Assembly: GCA_020846775.1 (NCBI GenBank)
Contig: JADLDG010000035.1
Coordinates: 31,569 to 95,568, forward strand
DNA length: 64,000 nucleotides
Direction: 5' to 3'
Source: Nitrospirota bacterium
GTDB lineage: Bacteria > Nitrospirota > 9FT-COMBO-42-15 > HDB-SIOI813
The position numbers and the translations under genes are program-made. Below are positions 1-10,249 of this stretch, in pieces. Below the pieces are notes generated by a model. It was not told the DNA's origin. It did no database searches and worked only from the letters and a program-made list of their open reading frames with translations. Position 1 is the stretch's first letter. Every line of letters begins with the position of its first letter.

Positions 1-2287
1 GCTTCTTGTCGAGATATTAAGAGATAAAGAGATTGAAATAACCCCATTTGAGGCTACACTCTTTGCCATCGCAATATATGAAGAGACCGGCTCATTCACA
101 TTCCAGTCAACGACACAGCGAGACATCCTGGCTGCTGCATTTCTACTTTCATGCGGGCTTAATCTGAGGACATTATCACGATATATGGTACACGAAATGG
201 ATGCAGAGCAGATAGCCCTGCTGGACGAACTCATTCATAACGCAAAGACTATATATATTGACGGCGTCAAGGTAGTTATTGCAAAAGGAACAACTGATAA
301 ATATGTCTCGGAACTCTCGACCATTACACACAGAGTTCAGGATATGGAAAACCTTGACGTACTCTTTGTAATCGTAAGAATGGAAGATAAGATTCAGCTT
401 GTAGCCAGAGGCAGACTTTCTGAAATTGACCTGGGTGCAATCGCAAGATATTTCGGCGGCGGAGGTCATGCCACTGCAGCCTCCGCAAGCATTAAGGATC
501 TCACAACGATACAGGTAGAGGAAAAGATTTTAGAGCTCCTCAGAGAGACGATAAAACCGTTTAAAACCGCAAGGGATATAATGACAACCCCTGTTAAGAC
601 TATCAGTAATGACCTGACTATAAAAGAGGCAGGTGATCTTATGACCCGCTACAGCGTTAATGTGCTGCCCGTCATTGAGGGAGACAGTTTGATTGGCCTG
701 ATCTATCGGGAGATTATTCATAAGGCAATATTTCACAAGTTTGGAGAGGTACCGGTAACTGACTTCATGTCGACGGAGTTTGAAAAGGTCACGGGTGACA
801 CACCGTTCAGGGAGATAGAATCAAGCATGATTGAACATAATCAGCGGTTTATGCCGGTCGTTGAGGGTGACAGGGTAATAGGAGCGATTACCCGCACTGA
901 TATATTACGGGCGCTGCATGAGGATATATCAAGACCGTGGCTTTCATCCACTTTGGGTATAAGCAGTAAGGCTCATGAAAGAAATCTGAGAGTATTGCTT
1001 AAGGAACGGCTTCCGGCGAATATAGAAAAACTTCTCATGAGCATTGGAGAGGCCGCTGATTCATCCGGAGTTCATGCCTATGCCGTGGGTGGATTTGTAA
1101 GGGACCTCCTTTTTGGTTATAAAAACTATGACATTGACATAGTAATTGAGGGAAACGGTATAGAGTTTGCAGAAAAGTTCGCAGCAGATGCAGGCGCAAG
1201 GGTAAAGTGCCACCAGAAATTCGGCACAGCAGTAATCATTTTTCCGGATGGGTTCAAAATAGATGTTGCGACTGCACGGACAGAATATTATGAATATCCG
1301 ACGGCTCTGCCAAAGGTTGAAGTATCCTCCTTAAAAAAAGACCTGTACAGAAGGGACTTTACGATCAACACACTCGCAATAAAACTGAACGGGCCGGACT
1401 TCGGATTCCTTATAGATTATTTTGGAGGACAGAGGGATATAAAGGAGAGGACCATACGGGTGTTGCACAACCTTAGCTTTATTGAAGACCCCACACGTAT
1501 ATACAGGGCTATCAGATTTGAACAAAGATTCGGGCTCAGGATAGCGCGGCACACACAAAGCCTTATAAAAAGCACTGCAAAGATAGACCTTTTCCACAGA
1601 CTCTCTGGAAAGAGGTTATTTGCAGAAATTGTCCTGCTTCTGAGCGAAGATGACCCGGCAAAATCTCTTTCACGGCTCTCAGAGTTTGACCTCCTGAGGT
1701 TCATCCATCCTTCTCTTCAATGGGATGACAGATCAGTGACTATTTTTGAATCCATTAATGATGCCCTTGCATGGTACAGACTTCTTTTTCTTGATAAGAA
1801 ATATGATTCATGGAAAGTTTGCTTTTTCGGTTTTATTGACCAGCTGTCCTGCAAAGCAACAGAAGAAACATGCCTTCGGTTGGAAATCAGGGAGAGGCTT
1901 CTTGACGAAATACTATCTGTAAAAAAAGATACTCCTGATTTAACTCAAAAGCTCCTTAATATTAATGATCCCTCAAACAGTATGATATATGAGCTTCTGA
2001 ATAATCATTCTCAGGAACAGCTATTATACTTAATGGCCAGGACTGAAAAGGACGATGTAAAGAAATTTATCTCCATCTACCTGGATCATCTGCAGGATGT
2101 AAAACTCTTTATCACTGGTAAAGATATCGTACGACTTGGAGTTAAACCCGGCCCTGTATACACAAAGGCACTGAACCAGACTTTAAGTGCTAAACTCGAT
2201 GGAATAGTTAAAACCCGAGATGAAGAACTGGAATTTCTTAAAGGCATTATAATTAAGGATACACTACAGAATAGCCCCTGTGTATAG
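1..2287 (+). CDS. DHHA1-CBS pair-poly(A) polymerase/tRNA nucleotidyltransferase (CCA-adding) family protein, 5' end outside window
   Basis: The frame of ORF 185..2287 stays open back to nt 2, so the N-terminus lies upstream of the window. A GGGGH motif matches the DHHA1 signature. Two CBS-like repeats follow (LPVIEGD, MPVVEGD). The PolyA_pol head domain carries GGFVRDLL and DIDIVIE motifs. Confidence 0.6.
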   Translation, partial: LLVEILRDKEIEITPFEATLFAIAIYEETGSFTFQSTTQRDILAAAFLLSCGLNLRTLSRYMVHEMDAEQIALLDELIHNAKTIYIDGVKVVIAKGTTDKYVSELSTITHRVQDMENLDVLFVIVRMEDKIQLVARGRLSEIDLGAIARYFGGGGHATAASASIKDLTTIQVEEKILELLRETIKPFKTARDIMTTPVKTISNDLTIKEAGDLMTRYSVNVLPVIEGDSLIGLIYREIIHKAIFHKFGEVPVTDFMSTEFEKVTGDTPFREIESSMIEHNQRFMPVVEGDRVIGAITRTDILRALHEDISRPWLSSTLGISSKAHERNLRVLLKERLPANIEKLLMSIGEAADSSGVHAYAVGGFVRDLLFGYKNYDIDIVIEGNGIEFAEKFAADAGARVKCHQKFGTAVIIFPDGFKIDVATARTEYYEYPTALPKVEVSSLKKDLYRRDFTINTLAIKLNGPDFGFLIDYFGGQRDIKERTIRVLHNLSFIEDPTRIYRAIRFEQRFGLRIARHTQSLIKSTAKIDLFHRLSGKRLFAEIVLLLSEDDPAKSLSRLSEFDLLRFIHPSLQWDDRSVTIFESINDALAWYRLLFLDKKYDSWKVCFFGFIDQLSCKATEETCLRLEIRERLLDEILSVKKDTPDLTQKLLNINDPSNSMIYELLNNHSQEQLLYLMARTEKDDVKKFISIYLDHLQDVKLFITGKDIVRLGVKPGPVYTKALNQTLSAKLDGIVKTRDEELEFLKGIIIKDTLQNSPCV

Positions 2288-3383
2288 TCTGCAGGAACAC
2301 CTCATTTTCATCATAAAAGTAAACCCAAAGCCTTCTTGCAGAATAAACGGGGAATGAATATGATATTTCAGACGAACCTTTTGGTGACAATGACCTCAAC
2401 TCCCCTTTACCGTCATAGTATACTTTAATCTTCCGCTGCCTTTTTTCATTATTCCACATCCTGATTGTAATATTTGCTTTATCTCCGGCAAAATAAATCT
2501 CATTGTCTGAAAGCACTGAAAACCCGAGGGACGGCTGCGGAATGGGCTTTGCGGCCTTTCGACTTGCTGCCGGGACATTATGCGCGGATAATTCTTCAGT
2601 CGTCAAACCTGTCCAATTGATGAGTCCGCTGAAAAGGTTAATCTCGTCCCAGGTCGCCCGCTGATGCATATACGCCCAGTCTGTAAACAATGTTGTCGCA
2701 ATAACAGTCCCCTTCCCATATTTGTATACAACCATAACCGGCTGGCCGCTGATCCGGTTTCGAAGCAGAGGTTTACTCGTACTGGGAAAGATTTCTATAG
2801 ATCCGTCAACATTAATGTTAAGTTCTGAAGAAGTAAGCCTTGATGCTATAGGATGCGTCATTGACAGGATAGATGACGATGATAATTTACTCTGGTCTTC
2901 AATCCAGCCGTAAGCGGTAAGAGGTTTACCATCAGGGACCGGAAGAATAGAATAATCACTACCGACCCTCTGTGATAATACAAGCAGTGTCCCGCCGTCT
3001 TTAACATATTTCTTCAAAACGACCCTGAATCTCTCCCGGTCTTCTATTGATGTTAAACCACCCGAAGGGATAACAAGGAGCCGGATTGCTGAATAGATGT
3101 CTGGCGCTTCATTCTCTGCAATCATCCTTACCGGCAGAAACAATCCAAAAAACATCCCTGCATTCCTGCTGTATCCATTATCAAGTATTGCAATCCCGGA
3201 TTCATTATCAGTTTTAAGTCTAATATTCTCAAGATTTGTTGGATATAAATCATCGCCAAGGAGTGCACTGTCATCAGGCTGATCAGCGCCCGGATTATCA
3301 TTCTCTCGGAGTTGGGCCAACGATGATGAAGATATTGAAAATATAATAACCGCAAAAAAAATCGGAATGATACGTCTTAACAT
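2253..3383 (-). CDS. secreted hypothetical protein, possibly class I glutamine amidotransferase-like fold
   Basis: 376-aa ORF with an N-terminal signal-like hydrophobic segment. I recognise no clear catalytic motif. It overlaps the upstream CDS tail convergently by 35 nt. Confidence 0.35.
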   Translation of the reverse strand: MLRRIIPIFFAVIIFSISSSSLAQLRENDNPGADQPDDSALLGDDLYPTNLENIRLKTDNESGIAILDNGYSRNAGMFFGLFLPVRMIAENEAPDIYSAIRLLVIPSGGLTSIEDRERFRVVLKKYVKDGGTLLVLSQRVGSDYSILPVPDGKPLTAYGWIEDQSKLSSSSILSMTHPIASRLTSSELNINVDGSIEIFPSTSKPLLRNRISGQPVMVVYKYGKGTVIATTLFTDWAYMHQRATWDEINLFSGLINWTGLTTEELSAHNVPAASRKAAKPIPQPSLGFSVLSDNEIYFAGDKANITIRMWNNEKRQRKIKVYYDGKGELRSLSPKGSSEISYSFPVYSARRLWVYFYDENEVFLQTIHRGYSVVYP

Positions 3384-3407
3384 ATTCAGCCGTCCATATT
3401 TAACTCA

Positions 3408-4358
3408 CTATTTAACACTCAGGTGGTTATATAAGTCTGCCACCAATCCCTCCCGCAATCCGGAATCACTAACCGTCATCTCATCAAATCCAAACCATTC
3501 CATAACCTTATATGTGACCAACGCACCTGCGACAATCAGGTCCTCTCGTCCTTCCTCAACTCCTGGGAGATTGATCCTCTCTTCGTTGGTCATTCCTGCG
3601 AGAAGATTCAGGATATTTTTAATTCCACCTTTGCTGATCCTATAGCCGTTAATCTTCTCTGGATCGTATACCCGCATCTTCTGCTCTATGGCAGCAAGGC
3701 TTGTCACAGTGCCGGCGGTACCTATAAACTCGATACTTGCCAGGCTCCTGCCGCTATCTTTTAAACCAATGAAACTAACCTCTTTCTCAAGATGGTCAAC
3801 AATTGCAATTTCAAGCAATTTGATTTCTTTCGTCAGAGGGGGATCGGATTTAATATACCGCTCACTGAACCTGACAACACCAATATTTGTACTCTTCCTG
3901 AACACTATATTCCCTTTTGAAACCAATATAAACTCGGTACTGCCTCCCCCGATATCCATCATCAAAACATCATGTCCTGATATTTCTATCGCAGACGAAA
4001 CACCAAGCATTGTCAGTCTTGCCTCTTCCTCTCCGGAAATGACATTAACATCAATCCCTGTCTCAACTTTAACCCTGCTGATAAATTCTCTTCCATTGTC
4101 AGCCTCACGAACAGCGCTGGTGGCAACGGCATTAATACTTTCAACGTGCAAATCACTGCATTTGCCGGCGTATCCTTTAAGTACACTGATAACCCTATCC
4201 ACTGCCTCATCTTTAAGTATTCCGGCAGATGATATACCCTCACCAAGCCTTGCTATATGGCGGTCTGATTCTATTGTCCTGTATTTGCCTTCACCATAAT
4301 ATTCAGTAATCAGCAACCGTATGGTATTTGTACCAATGTCTATGCCAGCGAGTATCAC
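3408..4358 (-). CDS. ppx: Ppx/GppA family exopolyphosphatase / pppGpp phosphohydrolase (short form)
   Basis: N-terminus MILAGIDIGTNTIRLLI followed by actin-like ATPase motifs (DIGGGSTE). Length and motifs fit the single-module Ppx/GppA proteins. Confidence 0.7.
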   Translation of the reverse strand: MILAGIDIGTNTIRLLITEYYGEGKYRTIESDRHIARLGEGISSAGILKDEAVDRVISVLKGYAGKCSDLHVESINAVATSAVREADNGREFISRVKVETGIDVNVISGEEEARLTMLGVSSAIEISGHDVLMMDIGGGSTEFILVSKGNIVFRKSTNIGVVRFSERYIKSDPPLTKEIKLLEIAIVDHLEKEVSFIGLKDSGRSLASIEFIGTAGTVTSLAAIEQKMRVYDPEKINGYRISKGGIKNILNLLAGMTNEERINLPGVEEGREDLIVAGALVTYKVMEWFGFDEMTVSDSGLREGLVADLYNHLSVK

Positions 4359-4406
4359 TTGATGGCCCCATCGCTGTATCGCAACTCATTGCTCACTGCT
4401 TTATAC

Positions 4407-4730
4407 TCATTGCTTCTTCAACTCCCTTAAGCTCTCAATTTCCTTCTTAAACTGATCTTCTTCTATCATTACACTATCAATCATTTCGATTAGATTTTTT
4501 GTGTCGTCTCTGTTATTAAAGGAGCTGTCTTTTTTTTCAACTGCCTCCACAAACCTTTCCCCAAGCTCCCTGTAAAAAGCTGAAAGACGGTTATGGGTCT
4601 TGAATATATCCAGTCTGTATTTAACCAGGTCAACTTCCGTCATTGTCTTTAAAAAAAGGGAGGTACCCTCTTTTCTGATAACGGAAAGCCCTTCCGAAAG
4701 ATCATGCTGTATCCTGCTCAATATATCCAT
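4407..4730 (-). CDS. hypothetical protein
   Basis: 107-aa ORF, charged and helical in composition, on the same strand as its neighbours. No recognisable motif. Confidence 0.3.
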   Translation of the reverse strand: MDILSRIQHDLSEGLSVIRKEGTSLFLKTMTEVDLVKYRLDIFKTHNRLSAFYRELGERFVEAVEKKDSSFNNRDDTKNLIEMIDSVMIEEDQFKKEIESLRELKKQ

Positions 4731-4750
4731 TTGCTGATACTACATCGTTG

Positions 4751-6841
4751 TCAGGACAAAATCAACTTGTCCTTCCATCTGCGCTCAATTGCATTACGAA
4801 GTACTTTATGATCCGGATGTGTAAGCATTGGATCCTTTGCTACAAGGTCAAATGCCTCCCTGCGTGCAGTTTCCAGGACTTTAGAATTCCTGAGAATATT
4901 TGCGACCTTCAGTTCCGGAAGCCCTGCCTGTCTTGTACCAAAGAAGTCACCTGGTCCGCGTATAGACAGATCCTCCTCTGCTATCTCGAACCCGTTATTC
5001 GTCCTTTCCATAACTGTAAGTCTCCGTCTCCCATCTTCAGAGATAAAACCATCCGTTAAGAGGAGGCAGCAGGATTTACCACCGCCTCTTCCTACTCTGC
5101 CCCGCAGTTGATGTAGTTGAGAAAGCCCGAATCGTTCAGCATGTTCAATAACCATTGCAGTTGCATTGGGGACATCTATACCGACCTCAACAACAGTAGT
5201 AGATACAAGGATGTGAATATTATTATTTTTAAAATCTTCCATAATCATTTCTTTCTCTGTGTTTTTCATTCTTCCGTGCAGGAGACCGGTATTATATCCC
5301 TTAAATGCCTCACGCAGTTTTTCTGCCATTTCAACAGCACCTTTGAGGTCAACCTTCTCAGACTCTTCAACAAGAGGATAGATTACATAAACCTGCCTCC
5401 CTTTTCCAAGTTCTTCCTGCATTATATAGAAGGCATCTTTCCTGTTTTTTCCATACAGCCATCTCGTCTGAACAGGAGTTCGCTCAGGCGGCAACTCATC
5501 TATTACGGAGAGGTTGAGGTCACCATAAACCGTCAGGGCAAGTGTCCGTGGTATAGGTGTTGCCGTCATAATCAGGACATCAGGACTATACCCCTTTTTT
5601 TTAAGGGCTGCCCTCTGAAGCACGCCAAATTTATGCTGCTCATCTATCACGGAGAGGCCCAATCTCTGGAACTTTACCCCCTCCTCAAGGAGGGCATGAG
5701 TACCAACGATAATTCTTGCTCTTCCATTTGCTATATCATCAAGGATAGCGCTTTTTTCTCCCGGTTTTATGCTTCCCGTAAGAAGGGCTGACGGAATACC
5801 AAGTGTATCAAGGTATTTCTTAATGTTACGATAGTGCTGTTCAGCCAATATTCCTGTAGGCGCCATTATGACAGACTGATAGTCATTTTCTACAGCCATC
5901 AGCATAGCCCAAAGCGCCACTACTGTCTTTCCGCATCCCACATCTCCCTGAAGGAGTCTGTTCATAGGATGAGGCGCAGTCATATCCTCTTTGATTTCAC
6001 TAATAACCCTCTGCTGTGCATCCGTAAGTTTGAATGGCAAAAGTGAATAGAGTTTCTCAGTCATTTGGTCATTAATTTCAAAAGAAGTACCGCTCTCTTT
6101 CAAAACAATACCCTTTTTCAAGGCAAGCCCTGCCTCGAGAAGGAAAAACTCTTCAAATACAAGTCTTTTGTAGGCCAGGGTCTCACCATTATTAAGACTA
6201 TCCAAAGCTGAACCTTCAGGCGGAAAATGAACATCATTAATGGAATTATTCAATTCCGGAAGATTATACCTGACAAGAATCTCTGGTGAAAGCATTTCCG
6301 GGATATTTGTACTGTCGAGTACACCCTTGATTATAGCTCTAATAGTCTTTTGGGATAAACCATTAGTTACATGGTATACAGGCACAATCCTTCCTGTATG
6401 AATCAGATCATTATCTTCTGATCCTATGACCTCATATTCAGGCCCCTCCATACAGATGCCAGACCCGCGATAGTCGGATTTCACGTGACCACTGACTACT
6501 ACTGTAGTCCCTTTCCTCAGGACATCTTTAAGAAATGACTGATTAAACCACTTGGCCGTTATGTAACCGGTCTCATCTCCAATGACGGCCTCAAATATTT
6601 TCTTCCGTTGCCTTGGTGTAACTACGACCATTGCAGACACTATCTTTCCCTGGACAGTTGTAAACCCAGGGTTACTCGATCTATACAATTCTTTAATTGA
6701 AGTAAGGTTCCCCCTGTCCTCATACCTGAAAGGGAAATAATAGAGAAGGTCCTCCACTGTAAACAGGCCCAATCTGTTGAAAAGTCTGACCCTTGCAGGA
6801 CCGACCCCCTTTACATACTGTATATCACTATGAAATTCCAT
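4751..6841 (-). CDS. recG: ATP-dependent DNA helicase RecG
   Basis: Wedge domain followed by DEAD/DEAH helicase motifs (GDVGCGKT Walker A, DEQH, and a TATPIPRT motif). Start set at MEFHSDIQYVKGVG (ATG at 6839-6841) because the longer ORF would overlap rpmB on the opposite strand. Confidence 0.85.
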   Translation of the reverse strand: MEFHSDIQYVKGVGPARVRLFNRLGLFTVEDLLYYFPFRYEDRGNLTSIKELYRSSNPGFTTVQGKIVSAMVVVTPRQRKKIFEAVIGDETGYITAKWFNQSFLKDVLRKGTTVVVSGHVKSDYRGSGICMEGPEYEVIGSEDNDLIHTGRIVPVYHVTNGLSQKTIRAIIKGVLDSTNIPEMLSPEILVRYNLPELNNSINDVHFPPEGSALDSLNNGETLAYKRLVFEEFFLLEAGLALKKGIVLKESGTSFEINDQMTEKLYSLLPFKLTDAQQRVISEIKEDMTAPHPMNRLLQGDVGCGKTVVALWAMLMAVENDYQSVIMAPTGILAEQHYRNIKKYLDTLGIPSALLTGSIKPGEKSAILDDIANGRARIIVGTHALLEEGVKFQRLGLSVIDEQHKFGVLQRAALKKKGYSPDVLIMTATPIPRTLALTVYGDLNLSVIDELPPERTPVQTRWLYGKNRKDAFYIMQEELGKGRQVYVIYPLVEESEKVDLKGAVEMAEKLREAFKGYNTGLLHGRMKNTEKEMIMEDFKNNNIHILVSTTVVEVGIDVPNATAMVIEHAERFGLSQLHQLRGRVGRGGGKSCCLLLTDGFISEDGRRRLTVMERTNNGFEIAEEDLSIRGPGDFFGTRQAGLPELKVANILRNSKVLETARREAFDLVAKDPMLTHPDHKVLRNAIERRWKDKLILS

Positions 6842-6938
6842 AAACAGGTCTTCCAAATAAAAAGTTGCATTATTACCGTATCTTATGATAGTATTACGAG
6901 TCTTTTTATTCAAGGTTTTATTGATCAGGAGGGATAAA

Positions 6939-7130
6939 GTGGCAAGAGAATGTAAAGTATGTGGTAAAGGCAGGCGTTCTGGGAACAATGTTAGTCACGC
7001 AAACAACAGGACAAAAAGGGTGTTTCATCCAAATCTTCAGAGGGTACGGGTAATTGTAAACAGTGCACCAAAATACATCATGGCATGTACCCGTTGTCTT
7101 AGATCAAACCGTGTGCAAAAGGCGGTATAG
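6939..7130 (+). CDS. rpmB: 50S ribosomal protein L28
   Basis: The translation [37 protein letters not shown] is a typical L28 sequence. A GTG start at 6939 sits behind the RBS AGGAGGG at 6927-6933. Confidence 0.8.
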   Translation: MARECKVCGKGRRSGNNVSHANNRTKRVFHPNLQRVRVIVNSAPKYIMACTRCLRSNRVQKAV

Positions 7131-7131
7131 T

Positions 7132-7530
7132 TTAACGGCAGGCGATGGCTTCTATCTCAATACGAGCATCTTTGGGAAGGTTTGAAACTTCGACGGTAGA
7201 TCTCGCCGGTGGATTATCCGAAAAATAACTCTTATAAATATTATTAACCCTGTCAAAATCTTCAAGCCTTTTCAGGAATAACGTGGTTTTTACTATATCT
7301 GTCAACTCCATCCCGGCAGCTTCAAGAATGACTTTAATATTGGATATGACCTGCACCACCTGATCTTCTATTGGACCATTTACTGTTTCGTTTGTAGCAG
7401 GATTGACAGGTATCTGACCGGATATGAATAGAAACTTCCCAAATTTAATTGCCTGAGAATATGGACCTATTGCAACAGGCGCCTTTTTTGCCGAAACAAC
7501 CTTCTTGACATCATCACTCATCATTTTCAC
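7132..7530 (-). CDS. ridA: RidA/YjgF family reactive enamine/imine deaminase
   Basis: 132 aa. PVAIGPYSQAI and GQIPVNP motifs typical of YjgF/RidA. C-terminal EIEAIA motif. Confidence 0.8.
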   Translation of the reverse strand: MKMMSDDVKKVVSAKKAPVAIGPYSQAIKFGKFLFISGQIPVNPATNETVNGPIEDQVVQVISNIKVILEAAGMELTDIVKTTLFLKRLEDFDRVNNIYKSYFSDNPPARSTVEVSNLPKDARIEIEAIACR

Positions 7531-8119
7531 TTAACGCCTGCATTACCTCACCCTTTTCCAATGCCCGGTCCCTTAACATATCACGCTGTCTTTTAAAGAT
7601 GTACTTGATGAGGGTCTCTCTGTCATCCTCTTTTATTGTCAGGAAATTTATGACTGTCTCAAAATAGTTTTTTTCATCAGGTATTAGATCCTCTGACATA
7701 TCTCGTCTTATTACCTCGCCTGTTACAAAGATACTTGCAGGCGGGATAAAGGGGAGAACAATACATAAAATCATTAGCTGACCTGCCGTTGCAGGTGTAT
7801 CCAGGTGAATTCTTATACCAGAGGCACTGATACAGACATCCTGTTCCTTTGGTATCTCAACTATGGTCCTGCATTCAGGCGCTACGGTCTCAATAAGAAT
7901 ATCCATCTTCCTGTGTAAATCAATAATATGATTTAGCAACTTTGTATGATTCTCTTCTAATTCCTCTGAGGGCAGCAGTTGCGGGTATTTATTCCAAATA
8001 TAAGGGAAATATCTTTCAGGTCTGTTATTTTCTGCGATATCCTCTGCTGTAACAAACCTGTAGGCAAGCGGAATCTTATCTATGATCCTTACATTCTCTC
8101 TTCTGTCTATTGGCAGCAT
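7514..8119 (-). CDS. PilZ domain protein (putative c-di-GMP receptor)
   Basis: RxxxR motif (DRRENVR) at the N-terminus and a D/NxSxxG-like motif (CISASGIR). Its start overlaps the stop of the upstream GGDEF gene by a few nt, and its 3' end overlaps ridA. Confidence 0.55.
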   Translation of the reverse strand: MLPIDRRENVRIIDKIPLAYRFVTAEDIAENNRPERYFPYIWNKYPQLLPSEELEENHTKLLNHIIDLHRKMDILIETVAPECRTIVEIPKEQDVCISASGIRIHLDTPATAGQLMILCIVLPFIPPASIFVTGEVIRRDMSEDLIPDEKNYFETVINFLTIKEDDRETLIKYIFKRQRDMLRDRALEKGEVMQALSENDE

Positions 8120-8127
8120 ATTATATG

Positions 8128-9276
8128 TTAAAACACGAATGGTCCTAAAAATGAGTTGTCATGAGTAAATAAACGTCCACTCACCTCAATCCTGTTCCTG
8201 CCAGACTTCTTTGCATCATATAGGGCCTTGTCCGCCACGGAAATCATATCATCAACTGATTTGATTCCGGGACTAGGACAGCTTACAACACCAAAGCTTG
8301 CTGTCACCCTGATATTCTGCTCCTTAAAAAATACCGGTTGTTCTTCCAGAATTCTCTTAAGTCTTTTTGCGGCAAAAAATGCCTGTTCAACAGTTGTTTC
8401 CGGAAGGATAATTGCTATCTCATCTCCACCATAACGTGCAGGAACATCAATCTCTCTCAAACTCCTTATAAGCCTGTTTGAGATTTCATGTAATACAGCA
8501 TCACCTGCCTGATGTCCATGCTGATCATTAATATGCTTGAAATTATCCACATCTATCATCAGGAGTGAAACAGGATTTTGATACCTCATGGTGCTCTTAA
8601 ATGTTCTGGTAAGGCTCTCATAAAAATATCTGTTATTGAATAACCCGGTAAGGCTGTCAGTCGTTGCAAGTTCCTTTACTTCACGATGAATCTCTGAGTT
8701 CCTAAGTGCCAGCGCAAGGGTACTCACCAGCATAGATCCAAGATTATGCTCGTATCCTGTAAATTGTTTATCCATCTTCCTAATCAGGTGCAATGCTCCT
8801 ATTCTCGTATCACCAATTTCGATTGGATAACACAACCTGCCTGACAACTTTGAATTAAAACCCAAGCTCTCAGTCTGATCAGTTTTAATGCAATTTATTT
8901 CAACCTTGTAATCATCATTATCATCGGTCTCAACAACCTTCTTTATTGTTTGCAAGACATACTTCTTTATCTCTTCAGTATCTGCTACATATAACTGCAT
9001 TGTTGAGAATACCCATAACTTTTTTTGTTTGAATAGGACGACACAGAAAACATCGTGGGGCACTATATCCTGCATAATTGCAGCAGCGGAGGAAATGATT
9101 TTGTCGGAATCCAATGTACTTACTATTGCCTTACTCAGCTCATTTAAACAGCTTAAATCATCTCCCCATTTCTTCAAAGCATTCTTCTCTTCCAGAAGCT
9201 TCTTCTTTTGAATTCTTAATGCACTGTTTACCTTCTGAAGTTTCTTATATAGTTCCTGATCTATCTTTTTTTCCAT
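8128..9276 (-). CDS. GAF domain-containing diguanylate cyclase (GGDEF)
   Basis: N-terminal coiled-coil and GAF-like region. The C-terminal GGDEF domain has RYGGDEIAIILPE, so the final F of the signature is replaced by I. Confidence 0.75.
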   Translation of the reverse strand: MEKKIDQELYKKLQKVNSALRIQKKKLLEEKNALKKWGDDLSCLNELSKAIVSTLDSDKIISSAAAIMQDIVPHDVFCVVLFKQKKLWVFSTMQLYVADTEEIKKYVLQTIKKVVETDDNDDYKVEINCIKTDQTESLGFNSKLSGRLCYPIEIGDTRIGALHLIRKMDKQFTGYEHNLGSMLVSTLALALRNSEIHREVKELATTDSLTGLFNNRYFYESLTRTFKSTMRYQNPVSLLMIDVDNFKHINDQHGHQAGDAVLHEISNRLIRSLREIDVPARYGGDEIAIILPETTVEQAFFAAKRLKRILEEQPVFFKEQNIRVTASFGVVSCPSPGIKSVDDMISVADKALYDAKKSGRNRIEVSGRLFTHDNSFLGPFVF

Positions 9277-9491
9277 ATTGGCTTACATTATATGCACTAA
9301 CTATGCCATTACCTGAAGTCATTGTTGCGGTACAGCAGATAATCATTTCTAATTGATTTTATTCAATAAAATTGAAACTACCACGAGCTGCGTCAAACAA
9401 CAAATGCCAATTCGCCACTACTGTCGTCACATAATTGACGACTATTCGGCAGATTTGTCAACTCCCGGTGCAGTTTATGCCGCACGCCAAT

Positions 9492-10130
9492 TTAATAAGA
9501 ACCATAACCGATGCCCTGCTTCTCTATAAGCTGTGCAGTAATAGTGCCCACCTTAACCTTACTCTCCATCTTAACAGGCATCTTAACCTCGTCATCGGTA
9601 AACCAGATAAATACCTCTCCTTTATTGACAAATAATCCCTCAAATTTAATTAAGGTCTTAACTTTTAAAGTATCAAATGTGCCTGCTGGCACCACTACCT
9701 TCTCTTTATCCATAACAAGGAAAACCACTGTCCAGGTTTTCTTCCCGTCATGAACCTCAATGTTTACAGACTGCCCGGTCTGTAGTGGGATCGTCCGGAG
9801 AAAATATACCACTGATAACGGGTCATGAACACCGGAAGGTATTTTAGATATCTGTCTCTTGCCTCCGGATTTGTGGTTAATAAAAGTCGCCAGATTATCA
9901 TCTCTGTTAAAAACTATCTCCTTGTCACTCCTGTATGATCCTTCCTGTTGTCTTGAACGGTATTTATAAGGCTGAAGGCTCTTGATGTCAACATATGACT
10001 CGACGACATCCTTTACGGGATAAAACAATGAAATAACTGAATTTGATTTTAACTCAGAACTTATTTTAAGAACGGATTTATTATCATAAACTGCATTACT
10101 AACTTCAAAAACTGAGGTGCCTCCATTCAC
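9492..10130 (-). CDS. hypothetical protein (DUF3108-like beta-rich protein)
   Basis: 212-aa ORF. Family assignment is from memory of the motif pattern only. Confidence 0.35.
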   Translation of the reverse strand: MNGGTSVFEVSNAVYDNKSVLKISSELKSNSVISLFYPVKDVVESYVDIKSLQPYKYRSRQQEGSYRSDKEIVFNRDDNLATFINHKSGGKRQISKIPSGVHDPLSVVYFLRTIPLQTGQSVNIEVHDGKKTWTVVFLVMDKEKVVVPAGTFDTLKVKTLIKFEGLFVNKGEVFIWFTDDEVKMPVKMESKVKVGTITAQLIEKQGIGYGSY

Positions 10131-10249
10131 ACCATACCATGATACATCAAAAACCAGGCGTTCACCGGATGAAAATGGAATAGCTGAGGAGGAGGAAGAA
10201 AACGAAAGAGTTATGAATAAAAATATAACGATATAAGTCGTTATAGATT

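Noticed and set aside
3688-4299. Plus-strand 203-aa ORF (and similar ORFs 5117..5791, 36983..37477, 38950..39468, 63207..63737)
   Set aside because: These are antisense shadows of well-supported minus-strand genes (ppx, recG, the histidine kinase, the hypothetical gene, flgH). Their compositions are Ser/Leu/Ile-rich and low-complexity, and no motifs are recognisable.
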